A stretch of 64,000 bases of DNA from Octopus sinensis (Eukaryota), in the NCBI RefSeq assembly GCF_006345805.1, contig NC_043000.1, forward strand, positions 37,014,001 through 37,078,000, read 5' to 3'. How positions within the stretch are numbered: position 1 is the stretch's first letter; each line of letters starts with the position of its first letter. Under the pieces are notes generated by a model. It did no database searches. It had not been told where the DNA came from and worked only from the letters and a program-made list of their open reading frames with translations. Made by a program: the position numbers and the translations under genes. This document shows positions 1 through 12,048 of the stretch, piece after piece.

Positions 1-453
1 ACATGCGTGAGGTCTTCCACAGAAACATGACATAGCCTCCACATACGGTTGCACCTTGGGATTACAAGAGCGTCACTGTCTCTTTTGTTCACCAGGTACT
101 TTGTAGCAATCTCCTGTTCCTGAATTACAAACACATAGCCTTCAAAGTGTATGTATGTATGTATGTATGTATGTATGTATGGATATGTCCTGGGTATGGA
201 TTTAAACTGCATGCGATAGACGGGTTCCGGTACGGGAGTTCAATGGTTTTGAGGATTGTGCACGCATCTTTTAGCCACTAGTGTTTCCAGAGCTACTTTG
301 ACCCGGTGTAGAAATGCGTGTTATGGTTCCAGCTATGGGCAAACTTGATTGTGAACCATTGTAAATGAAAGGCTCTTTCTCACTAGAACTTCCTTCTAGG
401 AGAAGGTAAACTCATATAAAAAAAACCCTGAAGTGCAGTTTGGTTTCTAATCA

Positions 454-653
454 TACTCTTTACTCTTTTACTTGTTTCAGTCATTCGACTGCGGCCATGC
501 TAAAGCACCGCTTTTAATCTTTTGTAAGCCCAGTACTATCGGTCTCTTTTGCCGAACCGCTAAGTAACGGGGACATAAACACACAAGCATCGGTTGTCAA
601 GCAATGCTAAGGTGACTAACACAGACATACAAACACACACACGCATATATATA

Positions 654-707
<54 letters not shown>

Positions 708-881
708 TATATATACATATATTCGACGAGCTTCTTTCAGTTTCCGTCTACCAAATCCACTCACAAGGCTTTGGTCGGCCCGAGGCTATAGTAGAAGACA
801 CTTGCCCAAAGTGCCACGCAGTGGGACTGAACCCAGAACCATGTGGTTGGTAAACAAGCTACTTACCAAACAGCCACTCCT
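454..881 (-). mobile_element. SINE family B (tRNA head, CORE-like ACCTTGGGCAAGT motif, internal (TA)n), near full length
   Basis: Reverse complement of the copy at 30827-31233; (GAGTAAAA)n-like tail at 454-470; internal TA array about 645-720. Confidence 0.9.
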
Positions 882-1063
882 AATGTCTGTTGTGCCACTG
901 GTTTTATAGCTGATTGCACTGGAAACGGGGTTAAGTATTGCGCAACACTTGATTCACTCAAGACAAATTGACGCATAGGAACGTCTTGGACATTCGGAAC
1001 GTTTACACGGAATTACTGAGTTTAGGAAGTGGTCGTACACGGTCACAAATTTACTTCCACCAG

Positions 1064-1494
1064 GGCGGCGAGCTGGCAGAAATGTTAGAACGCCGGGCGA
1101 AATGCTTAGCGGTATTTCGTCTGCCATTATGTTCTCAGTTCAAATTCCGCCGAGGTCGACTTTGCATTTCATCCTTTCGAGGTCGTTAAATTAAGTACCA
1201 GTTACGCATTGAGGTCAATGTAATTGGCTCAATCCTTTTGTCTGTCCTTGTTTGTCCACTCTATATTTAGCCCCTTGTGGGCAATAAAGAAATAATAAAC
1301 GTTCGTACGCCGGGCGAAATGCTTAGCAGTATTTCATTTGTCTTTACGTTCTGGGTTCAAATTCAGCCGAGGTCGACTTTGTCTTTCATCCTTTCGGGGT
1401 CGATAAATTAAGTACCAGTTGCGTACTGGGGTTGATCTAATCGACTGGCCCCTCCCCCAAAATTTCGGGCCTTGTACCTAGAGTAGAAAAGAAT
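1064..1494 (+). mobile_element. Dimeric SINE family A (GTCGACTTTGCCTTTCATCCTTTCGGGGTCGATAAATTAAGTACCAG central domain)
   Basis: Two tandem units with different 3' ends; 13-bp TSD AATTTACTTCCAC at 1048-1060 and 1492-1504. Confidence 0.92.
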
Positions 1495-1586
1495 TTACTT
1501 CCACAATGAAGACATAGATTGATAGATAGATAGAGAGAGAGAGATGGACAGATAGATAGATAGATACATACATACATATACATGCA

Positions 1587-1632
<46 letters not shown>

Positions 1633-1989
1633 CGCGTGTACATATATATATATCTTGTATGTATATAGATATCTTTCTCCAAGATGACACCTTACACTGT
1701 CTCTATATTGTATCTCACGAGGACTAGATATTAGTTAATGACAAGATTAATCGCGTTAATTATTAGAGACATGTGAATTTATATATTGCATAATGGGAGC
1801 TTAGTGGTATGTAAGCAGACCCTAAATCATCCCGTTAATCCCCTTCACAACTTCAGATCAATATGGTGTTAAAGATTATTTTATTTCAGTTGCTTTGTGA
1901 CCTTTGCTGCTGTCCAAGATGTCGGATGGAATCGATTATATTTGATATATTTTTCTTTCTTTCCGTGGTTAAACTTTACTACACGAAAA

Positions 1990-2196
1990 ATTTCCGCAAC
2001 GAGTGATATCCTTGCATGGTGACCAGCAATGGCCACCAAGCTCTTGTGATCATACCCCTTGTGATTTATTCTTATTGGGGTATATGAAATCGCAGGTATA
2101 CGTGAGGCAACAACGCACAATTCCTGAACGCAAGGCTGAAATCAGGCGTGTGATTGGAGGCATCGGATCACACATCTGTGAGAAAGTTATCGTAAA
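1990..2196 (+). mobile_element. Tc1/mariner transposase C-terminal remnant
   Basis: WPPSSCDHTPCDLFLLGYMKSQVY matches the WPPRSPDLTPCDFFLWGYLK motif around the third catalytic Asp. Confidence 0.75.
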
Positions 2197-2800
2197 GAGG
2201 AGTGAAATGGTATGGCACATCCTTAACGAATGCCTGAAATTGGCACAATGCAAATACAAAAGACGCCATGAAAATGCCACAAGGATGATCCATTGGGAGC
2301 TCTGTGGAAATCACATCCTACAAAGAGCAAAGACGTGGTATGAGAAACCCCCAGAAGGAGTCACTGAGAATGTGAATTGCAAAATCCTGTAGGATGCAAC
2401 GGAAACCGGGCATTGTTGTGATGAATAAAAATGAAAGAACATGCATGATAATCAACATAGTGTGCCCCGGTGACAACAGGATCAATATGAAAGAAGAAGA
2501 AAAAATAAACAGCTATAACGATTTCAAGTGGGAAATATGAAGGTTGTGGTCAATGAAAAGAGTAGACGTAATACCAGTACTTGGAAGTATCAGCACTCAG
2601 CTACCAACATGGCTCAAAAAGATTGGTGCAAGTGTGAAGGTAGAACACCAGCAAAAATCAGCATTGCTTGGAACTTCAAGAATTCTTTGTAGGGTTCTTG
2701 AAGTATGACCAGTAAACAAGTGTCACCTTAGTTTGCTGGCTGTGGACAGCTGACATTTTCCACTATGCCCAGCAAAATAAGCTGTGAGTTTTCATCACAT
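2197..2800 (+). mobile_element. R4/Dong-like RLE LINE, 3' end
   Basis: HILNECLKLAQCKYKRRHE zinc-knuckle remnant, WYEKPPEGVTEN, endonuclease-region residues, terminal ILCRVLEV*, with stops and frameshifts; 3' UTR runs into (AAT)n at 2801. Confidence 0.85.
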
Positions 2801-2815
2801 AATAATAATAATAAC

Positions 2816-2846
<31 letters not shown>

Positions 2847-3190
2847 TAATAATAATAATAATAATGATAATAATAATAATAATAATAGTAGTAGTAATAA
2901 CAACAACAACAACAACAACAACAATATTTCCTTCACCTAGAGAATTATTGACTGAAAATTGTTTTGCTCGCAACGCACTCGGTCCCTGGTGCGTGAGAAA
3001 CTCAGTAGAAACACAAGATTAATGATGTATTCCGAATTGAGATTCCAGCAGCTTGTAATTATAAACTTGTTGGACGACAATTATACTCTTCATACGCTTG
3101 ATCGCTAAAGTCTTGCAAGTGTGGAATTAGGCAAAATTCCGAGTGATTTTGTATCCGTTGTCAGACTAGCATGGCTCTCTCTCTCTCTCT

Positions 3191-3226
<36 letters not shown>

Positions 3227-3520
3227 AGAAGAAACAAGACAAAAAGTGTCTGAAGGATTAATCTTTATTCTTTATATCTTGACCATATCAGCAAACCCAA
3301 AGGCACAATCACTGCTGATATAAAAAGAAACCATTTTGTTTTGTTCATTTATATCTATAAGACTATCAAAGACATTACAAGCACTGATGATCTCTTTATG
3401 TGACCAAATATTCATAGAATAAATATAATGGTGTCCCAGATAAGACCTTCTTCAGGTTTAGAGAAACCTTCAGAACACAGCCTTCCTACCTTGAGTGTGA
3501 ACCCACGGGTATTCTCTTAC

Positions 3521-3609
3521 GGTCCCTGGTTTTTTTCTGAAGTTGTATCATTAATGTCGATATTCGATCTGAACTTCAACCGCATCAATTCCATCAGTTC
3601 CGGAAAGTC
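3521..3609 (-). CDS. Candidate internal exon, DFPELMELMRLKFRSNIDINDTTSEKNQG(P)
   Basis: Acceptor ttaatttccccag, donor GTAAGA, 89 nt, only phase 0 is open; compatible in phase with 4285-4313. No homology recognised. Confidence 0.3.
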
Positions 3610-4284
3610 CTGGGGAAATTAAGCACGACTAAATAATTTAATAATCTCACCAGCCTCGAAGAGTAAGCTAAATGTTATGGGAAATATTTGAAAATTTTAA
3701 GCCTTTAGTTGAAACAGAAACAATAAACATCCGCCAAAATCTCATGCTGATACGTGTAGCTACGAGTAAATGGAAACACCATAACCGATCGCGTTGGAAC
3801 CGGCAGAGTTTGCCCTAAGTTGTGAAGTCCATATTATCAGCCCGAGTTCTGTCGAGAAATTTTAAAACATGTCTATGATGACACTGCGACAGATAGATTA
3901 ATTGCGAGATAATATAATAAAACACCCTGCTGTGTAATCATTCATTGATATGTATTTAGGCAAGGATGTGTATTAAACTGTATTAAAAGCCTTACAGCCA
4001 ATGTGCACAACATTCCTTTCATAAAATGGGGGTCTCTTAGTATCTGTAACTGCAAATAGCTCACAATAATTCTGCTGCTGCAAACATGGTGTGGATCACG
4101 AAATCTTATCTAATGGATTTTACTTGATTCTAAAATCCTGTTTTAACAGAATTAATGGAACCGGTACAATTGTTAGATTTTAATACACAGTTTAAGCAGG
4201 ATTATTTTTGACAAAGGATATTCTCAGCAAATATTCCATTAGTGGCCGTGGTGAAAATAACAGCCCTTCACCCATCAAACTTAC

Positions 4285-4313
4285 CAATAATTCGATCCGG
4301 TTATCTTCGATAC
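4285..4313 (-). CDS. Candidate micro-exon, (x)IEDNRIELL
   Basis: Pyrimidine-rich tract ending aaaccag; consensus donor TTG|GTAAGT; 29 nt, phase 1 to 0. Confidence 0.3.
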
Positions 4314-4435
4314 CTGGTTTAATTGGAAATACGAATGTGAAAGAATAAGGGTACAGGTCCAATGACTGCAATGATATTTGGCTTATCATCATCATCATCA
4401 TTGTTATTACTATCATTATCATTATTATTATTATT

Positions 4436-4997
4436 GAGTGAGAGAGCAGTGCATGCCATCAAAGTTACACTGGGGGAAAATATACGAAGCCCAGTATACC
4501 CATCATGACTATCCGTCTGATAAGGGTACACTAGACACATGCATCACAACCATATGTGCGCGACATGCTGATCTCATATCAAGATAAACAGGCACATGAC
4601 TTTGCAGGTGGGGCCCAGTTAGAATTTTTTCTTTCTGGTCGAGTAACCCATATCGCTCAAAAGGTCCCTAAATAATGGTTGTTTAAGGATGTTGAACGAA
4701 ACACCCATGTTTCCAGAGGTGAATTATTCAAACCCTAAAGAATTCCTCTCAACACATGGCTATGTTGCTCCCCAACTACTTCTGCTTGTGATCAGAGATG
4801 CACCTATCGTCAGCCACTAACGGACATACTCAACCGGTTAAGGTCAAACAACTGACAAGCAAATCTGTGGTATTGAGCAGAATATTTGCTGTAGCCCATC
4901 TTTTATACCAAGACAAATCTATGTACATGATAACACTCCCAATCAGTTAAGATCAGAAGCCATGAGAGCCACTGCCTGATACTGCATCAGGGCATTT
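4436..4997 (-). mobile_element. About 560-bp non-coding dispersed element in (AAT)n, copy 1
   Basis: Collinear and highly similar to 49031-49582; (ATT)n on both flanks; no recognisable coding content. Confidence 0.85.
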
Positions 4998-5046
4998 ATC
5001 ATTATTACTATTATTATTATTATTATTATCATTATTATTATTATTA

Positions 5047-5292
5047 TTTCATATACGCACAACAGTTTAGACTGTTGAAAAAGAAAAATTCCTAACAACG
5101 GGCTACAACAAGTAACCATAGATCCTAGGACCTTAACTATCTTAACTATCCTAGTTCTCCCTAATAACACTGTTTTCTTGAGCTGTACTAGACTAGGTTT
5201 TGTACCTATTTCCCCTATCCATCTTCTCAAATCATTAAGGATAGTTCTTAATACACCTATAACTACCTGCGCTATCCATAGTCTCTGTAACA
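5047..5292 (-). mobile_element. R4/Dong-like RLE LINE, extreme 3' end
   Basis: LQRLWIAQVVIGVLRTILNDLRRWIGEIGTKPSLVQLKKTVLLGRTRIVKIVKVL resembles the Dong-type C-terminus (PVVIGALG...LQKTVLLGTARI); followed by (AAT)n. Confidence 0.75.
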
Positions 5293-5304
5293 CAATGGCT
5301 AGGT

Positions 5305-5447
5305 CCTGGTAGTTTATTTTCTCGACCCCGAAAGAATGAAAGGCAGAGCTGACTTCGGTGGGATATGAGCTCAGAATGCAATGTGTCATGAGAAATAACG
5401 CAAATAATTTCTTCCGACGCTCTAACGATTCTGCCAGATGGCTACCT
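5305..5447 (-). mobile_element. SINE family A, degenerate 5' part
   Basis: Contains TCGACCCCGAAAGAATGAAAGGC and CTAACGATTCTGCCAG. Confidence 0.75.
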
Positions 5448-6133
5448 CTTCTCCTGCATTTCATCTTTTCAGTGATGTTGTGTATAATATCCATGTTGAA
5501 TTATGGCTCGAAAATCATGAGTACAAAGTAAGATGAAGATAGCGATTAACATTTGATTAACACAAGGAACTGAGCAGCGAATCATTTGTAAGATGATATC
5601 CCCAAGACGTGTTACTATCTCAGAAGCGGTGGGCTGGGCCTAACTATAAAATGCTGTAAAGCAAAGAGTTCTTTGCATGTTCAGTATTTCAAGCAGCTTT
5701 GCGATGTTTGTTTATTTTCACATTTCTTGAGAGATATGTCAATATATAATTTCATTTCTGAGAGAATCTTCATACATGATATGTCTCATTTGCTGTTCCT
5801 TATAATTTACTCTCATGAGAACGTCCTTCTCTATATATTTAACTATTTGCAGGCCGACAAATCTTCATGGATATCTCGATTGTCCATGAAATACTGTCGC
5901 TCGAAAATGTCGTTATAAATTGCATCGCCTACTCATTAATTACCTGAGTAGGTATCAAAGAAACAGATCACTTTTGACATATTCACCTTCCTTTCGTATC
6001 AGTCTCCCATTTTTGTAGAGAGAACTTGGAAGAAAACGATTTGTTTTGTCAAAGATCGTATAATTTTCTATGTTTTCACTAAATATTTATTTAGACTCCT
6101 TTAACAGTATGTATGCATATTATATATATTTGT

Positions 6134-6185
<52 letters not shown>

Positions 6186-6699
6186 AAGACAGAAATTATA
6201 GATGGATGCATGAGTATAGACAGATATGTCACCTTGCATTTCTCCATACACGTTCACACAATAATACCAGACACCACGTAATTTTACTTACTTACCCACC
6301 GTTCTGTTTTATCTTAGTCTGCTGAACAGTTAAATAACTATTCCTCAAAAACTTCAGCTGTTCCCTGCTATTTACATATCAATCACCATCTCTTCCATAC
6401 TCGGCATCGTTTGGCATTCCTATTAAAATGAAGTGAACCAAGTCTCATCAAATGAAAACTGATGCAGTAGACCTTATCTCCACAGCAATTAACCCCTCTA
6501 TGTTAATGATTACATCGACAACATTGTATTTGCATTGTATTGTTTTGTAATATTTTGGTGGTCTATTTGCAGTATTCTCCAAGTTGCAACCAAAGCAGAC
6601 GAGCATTCAAAGTGGAGGCCACAGTGTTGCACTATCTGAAGCCACCGTATTGCCAGTTTTTTTTTTTTATTTCACGCCGATACCAGTTGGCAGATGAAG

Positions 6700-7135
6700 C
6701 ACCGCGATCGCAGGAAGTGAGCCATGGAGCGGAAGAAGTAATAATCCATGAGGGATTTCCTCCACAATCCCAACGTCCATAAAAGAAGTGGTTCAGCAAG
6801 AGCCAGCTTCCGGAACCTGTCGCCGAAGATGGGCGTTTCCAGCAGAAGATGATGCTCTGCATCTGGTGGAATTGTGAGAGAATAATTCACTAAGAATTCG
6901 TTCTAAACGGTCGGACCATCGATGCCAACCTGTACACCGAACAACTGAAGCGGATGTGTGCCGTTGTGCGGCCAAAATACCTGACGTTGTTTAACAGAAA
7001 GCGAGCTCTTCTGCAATTGGGCAGCACGAAACCTCTCCCCGCTCGAAATAAACTTCAGGAACTTGCGGCAATCGAACTGATACCATACCCAGCATATAGA
7101 CCGGACCTTGCTCCCTATGATTATTTGCAGCTCTG
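6700..7135 (+). mobile_element. mariner (DD34D-type) transposase remnant
   Basis: MMLCIWWNCERIIH*EF...TIDANLYTEQLKR and PYPAYRPDLAPYDY (HPPYSPDLAPSDY motif); stops present. Confidence 0.8.
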
Positions 7136-7543
7136 GAAATCTATCGACGTCTCAATGCGAAGCTGTTATTTTCAATTTCTCATAAAATCACTGAAACAGT
7201 TCATATTTCTCTAATTTAAAATGTTCATCTTTACTTTCAACGATAAATTGAACAATCCCTGCACACATTCCTTCACTACATTAGAAACATTAGCAAAACG
7301 TATTTTCCCAGAGAGCAGCAACGAATAGTTTACAATGTGCACCAACAACTGTTATTTTTACTGCGTCGAATGAGATCTTTCAGTCGGTACAATACTCTTT
7401 TACCTGGTTTTTATCGTTTTTGTAACACCTCCAGGCATTCTGGATCACTTACTAAGTACTCTATATCTCCACACATCTGTGGGTTTCCATTACACAAACT
7501 GATTTCTTGCCTGAATTCATTCTTAATCCGTTGTTATACATAC

Positions 7544-7625
7544 GGATCCCATAAACATCGTAATTCGTACAAAATCTGAGGTAAATCTGTTCTAAAGTAA
7601 ACTATGGAATATTTAAGTAACTCGT
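7544..7625 (-). CDS. Candidate exon, (x)ELLKYSIVYFRTDLPQILYELRCLWD(P)
   Basis: Strong acceptor tttttcaattccattatatttctgtttcatag, donor GTATGT, 82 nt, only phase 1 is open. Confidence 0.3.
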
Positions 7626-8096
7626 CTATGAAACAGAAATATAATGGAATTGAAAAACAGGCGTTATCCCATACAAAATAGATACGGTATCCACCTTATT
7701 AATTCGGAACTATGCTTAATTTCAACATGTTATTTTCTGCTCTCTTCAACCGGGCTACGAAGGAATGAGCAAGCTAAATTACCTAGCATATTGGGATTTA
7801 GCTAACAGCGCTTAATCGAACGAGAGAAAAGGATGTATCATTTGTTAAAAGGGATCGCCTTTAACGATTTCTCTAATGAGGTTAATTTGAGAACTCTAAA
7901 ATGCCTAATTGGTTTAAAAATAAAATTATGACTATATAAATTCAGACAGAGCCAACATATATTATATATTCTAGCACAAGAAGCGTCCTCCGGGCGGTTT
8001 TCTGCGAGTTGGTTAATGATTCTCCAGCTATATAAATTTCCTGATATGTTATTTATAATTTACCCTTGAGCCCTTCAGTCGTGTAATAGTACTCAC

Positions 8097-8161
8097 TCGT
8101 TCGTTAAATTTAGAGTATCTCTACATAAATGTGCCTTGCCGAATTGTTTCGTCATATCATT
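8097..8161 (-). CDS. Candidate exon, NDMTKQFGKAHLCRDTLNLTN
   Basis: Acceptor ccattttcag, donor GTGAGT, 65 nt, only phase 0 is open. Confidence 0.28.
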
Positions 8162-8881
8162 CTGAAAATGGATATTTTATTAATATTCATTTTTGAGTTT
8201 GTTTAAAAGAGAGAGATTAAGATTGCGATAAAATATAATCAATATTAATGTTTTCTATAATGTACAAGTGCTAAATTTGTTAACGTAACTGAGTTTTATG
8301 CTGAAGTAAGTTGATTTCTGCAGATCCTATGAAACACGTGCAATATCTAAAGCATTAACAAAGCTTTGTATGTTCTTTTTTTTGTGGGTTTTTTTTGTTG
8401 TAAATATGCCGTGCGTGGACTCCGCACTCTAACCTACCTGGGAGTTATGAAGTTTGTCCAACCACAACGGAGGTAGAAGTTGAGTGTGGCACCGGACTAC
8501 CACGCCCATATCTTTTGGTGACGTATCACGCGTTTCTGTGGAGATCTTCATGTGTGTATGTACAAGCATACACACACATACACATACACTCACTCATACA
8601 CGCACAAGCACATATACACACATCAGGGGCGTATATTCCAGGTGTGCTAGGTGTGTGCTGCACACTCATCGAAAATGGCAAATTCTTTACAAACCTCACT
8701 CATTAATTTAATCACAAATCTTAATGGAAAACTTTTGTTATCTATTCATGCTTCAAATTTTGTCGCACAGGGTGTGGCAGCAAATTCAATACAACATTAA
8801 ACACCACTATATATATATGTGCGTGCGTGTGTGTGTGTGTGTGTGTGTGCATACATGTATGTATATACATACACGTGCATA

Positions 8882-9128
8882 CGAAATGCTTTCAAATGTG
8901 TCCGACTTTATTTTTTCTCGGCAAAAGTCCTTTGGGTGGGAGGTGACACCACCCTCCATGTGCATGCTAAAAAGATCTTCGCGCCGGCAGGCCGCGTCAG
9001 TTCCTCACTGTTATGCCTAGAGTACAGACGTGTAGAGAGTGCTTGTCGGATTTTTTTTAACGAATGTATGGAACACAGATATTGCATCAAGTTTTGCCAA
9101 AAGCTTGGCGATACTCAAGCTCAAACCA
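8882..9128 (+). mobile_element. mariner 5' end with start of transposase
   Basis: TA followed by TIR-like CGAAATGCTTTCAAATG; ATG at 9068 gives MEHRYCIKFCQKLGDTQAQT (mariner EQRYxIKFCxKLG N-terminus). Confidence 0.75.
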
Positions 9129-9129
9129 A

Positions 9130-9625
9130 CATTAGACTCAAGCCATGTAAAGCCACTGGTGACTGTGGCCAGAGAGGGCTGCTGCTGGAAGGCTATATGT
9201 GTGGCAGCAGGATTCTACTCTTTGCTATACTTCTTGAAAGAGTCAGAGGTGGTTGCTGGAGAAGTCTTACAACTTAACCAGCGCGAATTTCAGGTTGCCT
9301 GCCTCCCACAATTGTAATTTCATGGATTAATATGTGTGGGGCACAGATGAGAAAGACACCACTCGCTCTGCTTGTAATACCAAGGCCGAGCTGGTGGCCA
9401 AAATCAAGTGGTTGTTCAAATATCTTCCCAGAGACACAATGAGAAACGCATGCGCTAGGTTCTGGAGCCATCTTCAGATCATAGGCGGTTACTTCAAGTA
9501 AACTGTTCTCTCCCAACGATAAAACAGCTGATGTGTCTTGAGCTTTTAAATACTTTAAGTTTTGGAAGGGATATTGCTTTCTTTTCCTTTTATGCAAACT
9601 GTCAAAACTTAATCCGAACACACTG
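9130..9625 (+). mobile_element. DD37D (maT-like) Tc1/mariner 3' half
   Basis: Frameshifted YYVWG..EKDTTRSACNTKAELVAKIK; homologous to 19329-20209 and 43954-44645; TIR-like end followed by TA. Confidence 0.75.
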
Positions 9626-10274
9626 TATATGCATATGTGTGTGTGAGTGAGTGTGTGAGTGTGTGTGTGTGTGTGTGTGTGGTGAGCTTTTGGCTCCACC
9701 TAGTGTTTCCTCATCCAGTTTATTTCCGGTAAAGTGGAGCGGTTACTACCGTACTCAGTAGTGTTAATGGTTACGGTAAACAGAACAAATACGATGAAAA
9801 TAAAATAAAACAGGGTAAGCACAAGTTTATATCGTTTGTTCCCTAGGTAAGTTTTACTGTTGCAGAAGAAGATCCAAGTGTAATTGGATGATGAATGACA
9901 ACAGATGATCGGAGGAACTCTTTGTTGGATTATATTGCATAAATCAAATGCTTGAAGTTGGACAGATGGCAAGTATATATATATATATATATATATATAC
10001 TCTTATGTGTGTGTGGGCGCGCGCGCGCGTATATATGATATTTCTATGCACGCACATATGCGGCCAAATACACAGCTTGATATAAATACATTTTCACGTG
10101 CTCCATGGAATATTTAACGATTTCCGATATAAGACGTAATATATGCGTGAGTGCTTGCGCACGTGTATGTGTGCGCGCGCATGTATGTGTGTGTCGCGCA
10201 TTTATGTGTGCGCGTGTGTATTCACATACAATCACGTGTGTGTTTACGCGCATATGAGTATGTATGTATGTATC

Positions 10275-12048
10275 AGCATCATCATCATTGTTCGACCGTG
10301 GTCGAGACAATGGAATATCCCTGGAGATTACATCAGGGTAGGAGAGTGTGCGCCCTCTGGCATTGCGAGTAGATGGCTTCCAGAGGAGAAGAGTAGAAAT
10401 TACCTCTTTTTCAGCTCTACAACATTGTCCAGCAAACTGGGCTCTCTTACCTTTCACAAGAGATGACACAGGTGGTAGTTTCCCATATATTTGCATTTTG
10501 GTTGGATGGCGCTTCCACGAGAGATTTTGAGCTCTCATAAGGCGAGTGTAGGTTCCATCCAACCGCCTCTCAAGCTTCTTTGATAACGTCCAGGTTTCTG
10601 AGCCATATAGTAGAATTGGTTCGACTGTGGCTTTGAAGATTTCAAGTTTGAAGTCTCTACTTAGATTTGATGACCAGATCTTATGCATGTCATTACAGGC
10701 TGACCAGTTAGAAAGTCTTTTCCAGATGATGATATGTATGACCCAAGATATTTGTAATCAGAAACTATATTTAAGGGCGCATTGTTGAGAGTATGGATGA
10801 TGTAATCACTGTTGGACAAGCACTTGTTTATGTATTCAGTCTTGGCCTCATTGAGGTAAAGACCTACACAATTTGAGGCTTGTTCAAGAGATTGTAAAAG
10901 AGACTGGACATTGGAGAGAGAATCACTGATAAGAGCGATGTCGTCAGCAAAGTCAGTGTCTGTCAAGTACTCAGCTGCGTGTCTGGAACTTCTTCTTGGT
11001 TTTATTTCAAAGCCCTTGCCAGAGATGGTGTCAACTGACATACGCAGCACATAATCAACAACAATGATGAAAAGAAATGGAGCGAGTGTGTCTCCCTGCA
11101 GTATTCCGGCTTTGATTGAGAAAGATGATGTTTCTCCGTCAGGGGTTAAGATGGTTGAAGACGTATCTGTGTAGAGGACCTTGATGGCAGAAATGATTTT
11201 GTCTGGTATCCCATAGAGCTTAAGGATTTCAAACATCTTGTACCTATCTACAGAATCGAACGCTTTAGAAAAGTCTATAAATACCATTGCAAGATCGCGA
11301 TTAAATGCTTTTGATTCTTCAATAAGTCTGCGTAGGCATAGTATCTGGCTCAGCGTTGAGCGCCCATGTCTGAATCCATTTTGGTTCTTTCGGAGCAAAG
11401 GTTCAACAAAAAGGACAAGACGATTTAGGATCAGTTTGTTGTACAGTTTTTCAGCAATTGACATTAGAGATATACCCCTGTAGTTGGTGACGAGGGATAA
11501 ATCGCCTTTTTTGGGTATTAGGATGATTTGAGATTGGTGCCAAATCTTTGGAGCGACAAAGGTGGAAAGTGTGTGGTTGCAGAGGTTGAGCAAAAGTGTG
11601 TGAAATCTATCATCCTTCCAAATTATAGCTGGGATGTTGTCGGGACCAAATGCTTTCGAAGCTTTTAGTTCAAATATGGCAAAAGGGGAGGTGTTGATGT
11701 CCAGCGTGTCTGATATAGGCACACTTGGAAGAGTGGGGTTATCAGGGATTTTGGCATTCTTCCCAATGAAGTTTTTAAAATGGGTTGACCAATTTTCTAA
11801 ACGCTTCTTAGCTGATCCCCCTTTAATTCTAATTGATGACCCAGAATTTTTGCCTGATAGGTTTTTGATGGATTTCTAGGCGAGATGGTGTTTTTTACTA
11901 ATGTGCTCTTTGGATAGTTTACTAATTTTGCGTTCAAGTAAGCCTCATCAAGATTCTTCTTGGCAGCTATGAGTTGGATCTTCAGTGACTGGGATGGAGA
12001 ACGGTGGTAAGCTAGTGATATAGACTTTAGATGGTTTCTGGCTTCGAT
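10275..12048 (-). mobile_element. RTE-clade (RTE-X-like) LINE, 5'-truncated, with RT domain
   Basis: 353-aa frame with NYRGISL, FIDFSKAFDSV, GILQGDTLAPFLF, DFADD, YKYLG; after a frameshift LLYGSETW..LDGTYTRL..FAG; (TGA)n tail; (TATG)n on both flanks. Confidence 0.93.

Noticed and set aside
4960-4997. Resemblance of the 560-bp element 5' end (CCTGATGCAGTA) to U2 snRNA or a hammerhead core
   Set aside because: Match is too short and the remaining required motifs are absent.
5500-6050. Protein-like minus-strand frames (GDAIYNDIFERQYF..., RFVGLQIVKYIEKD...)
   Set aside because: Short, in different frames, without good splice boundaries and with no recognisable homology.
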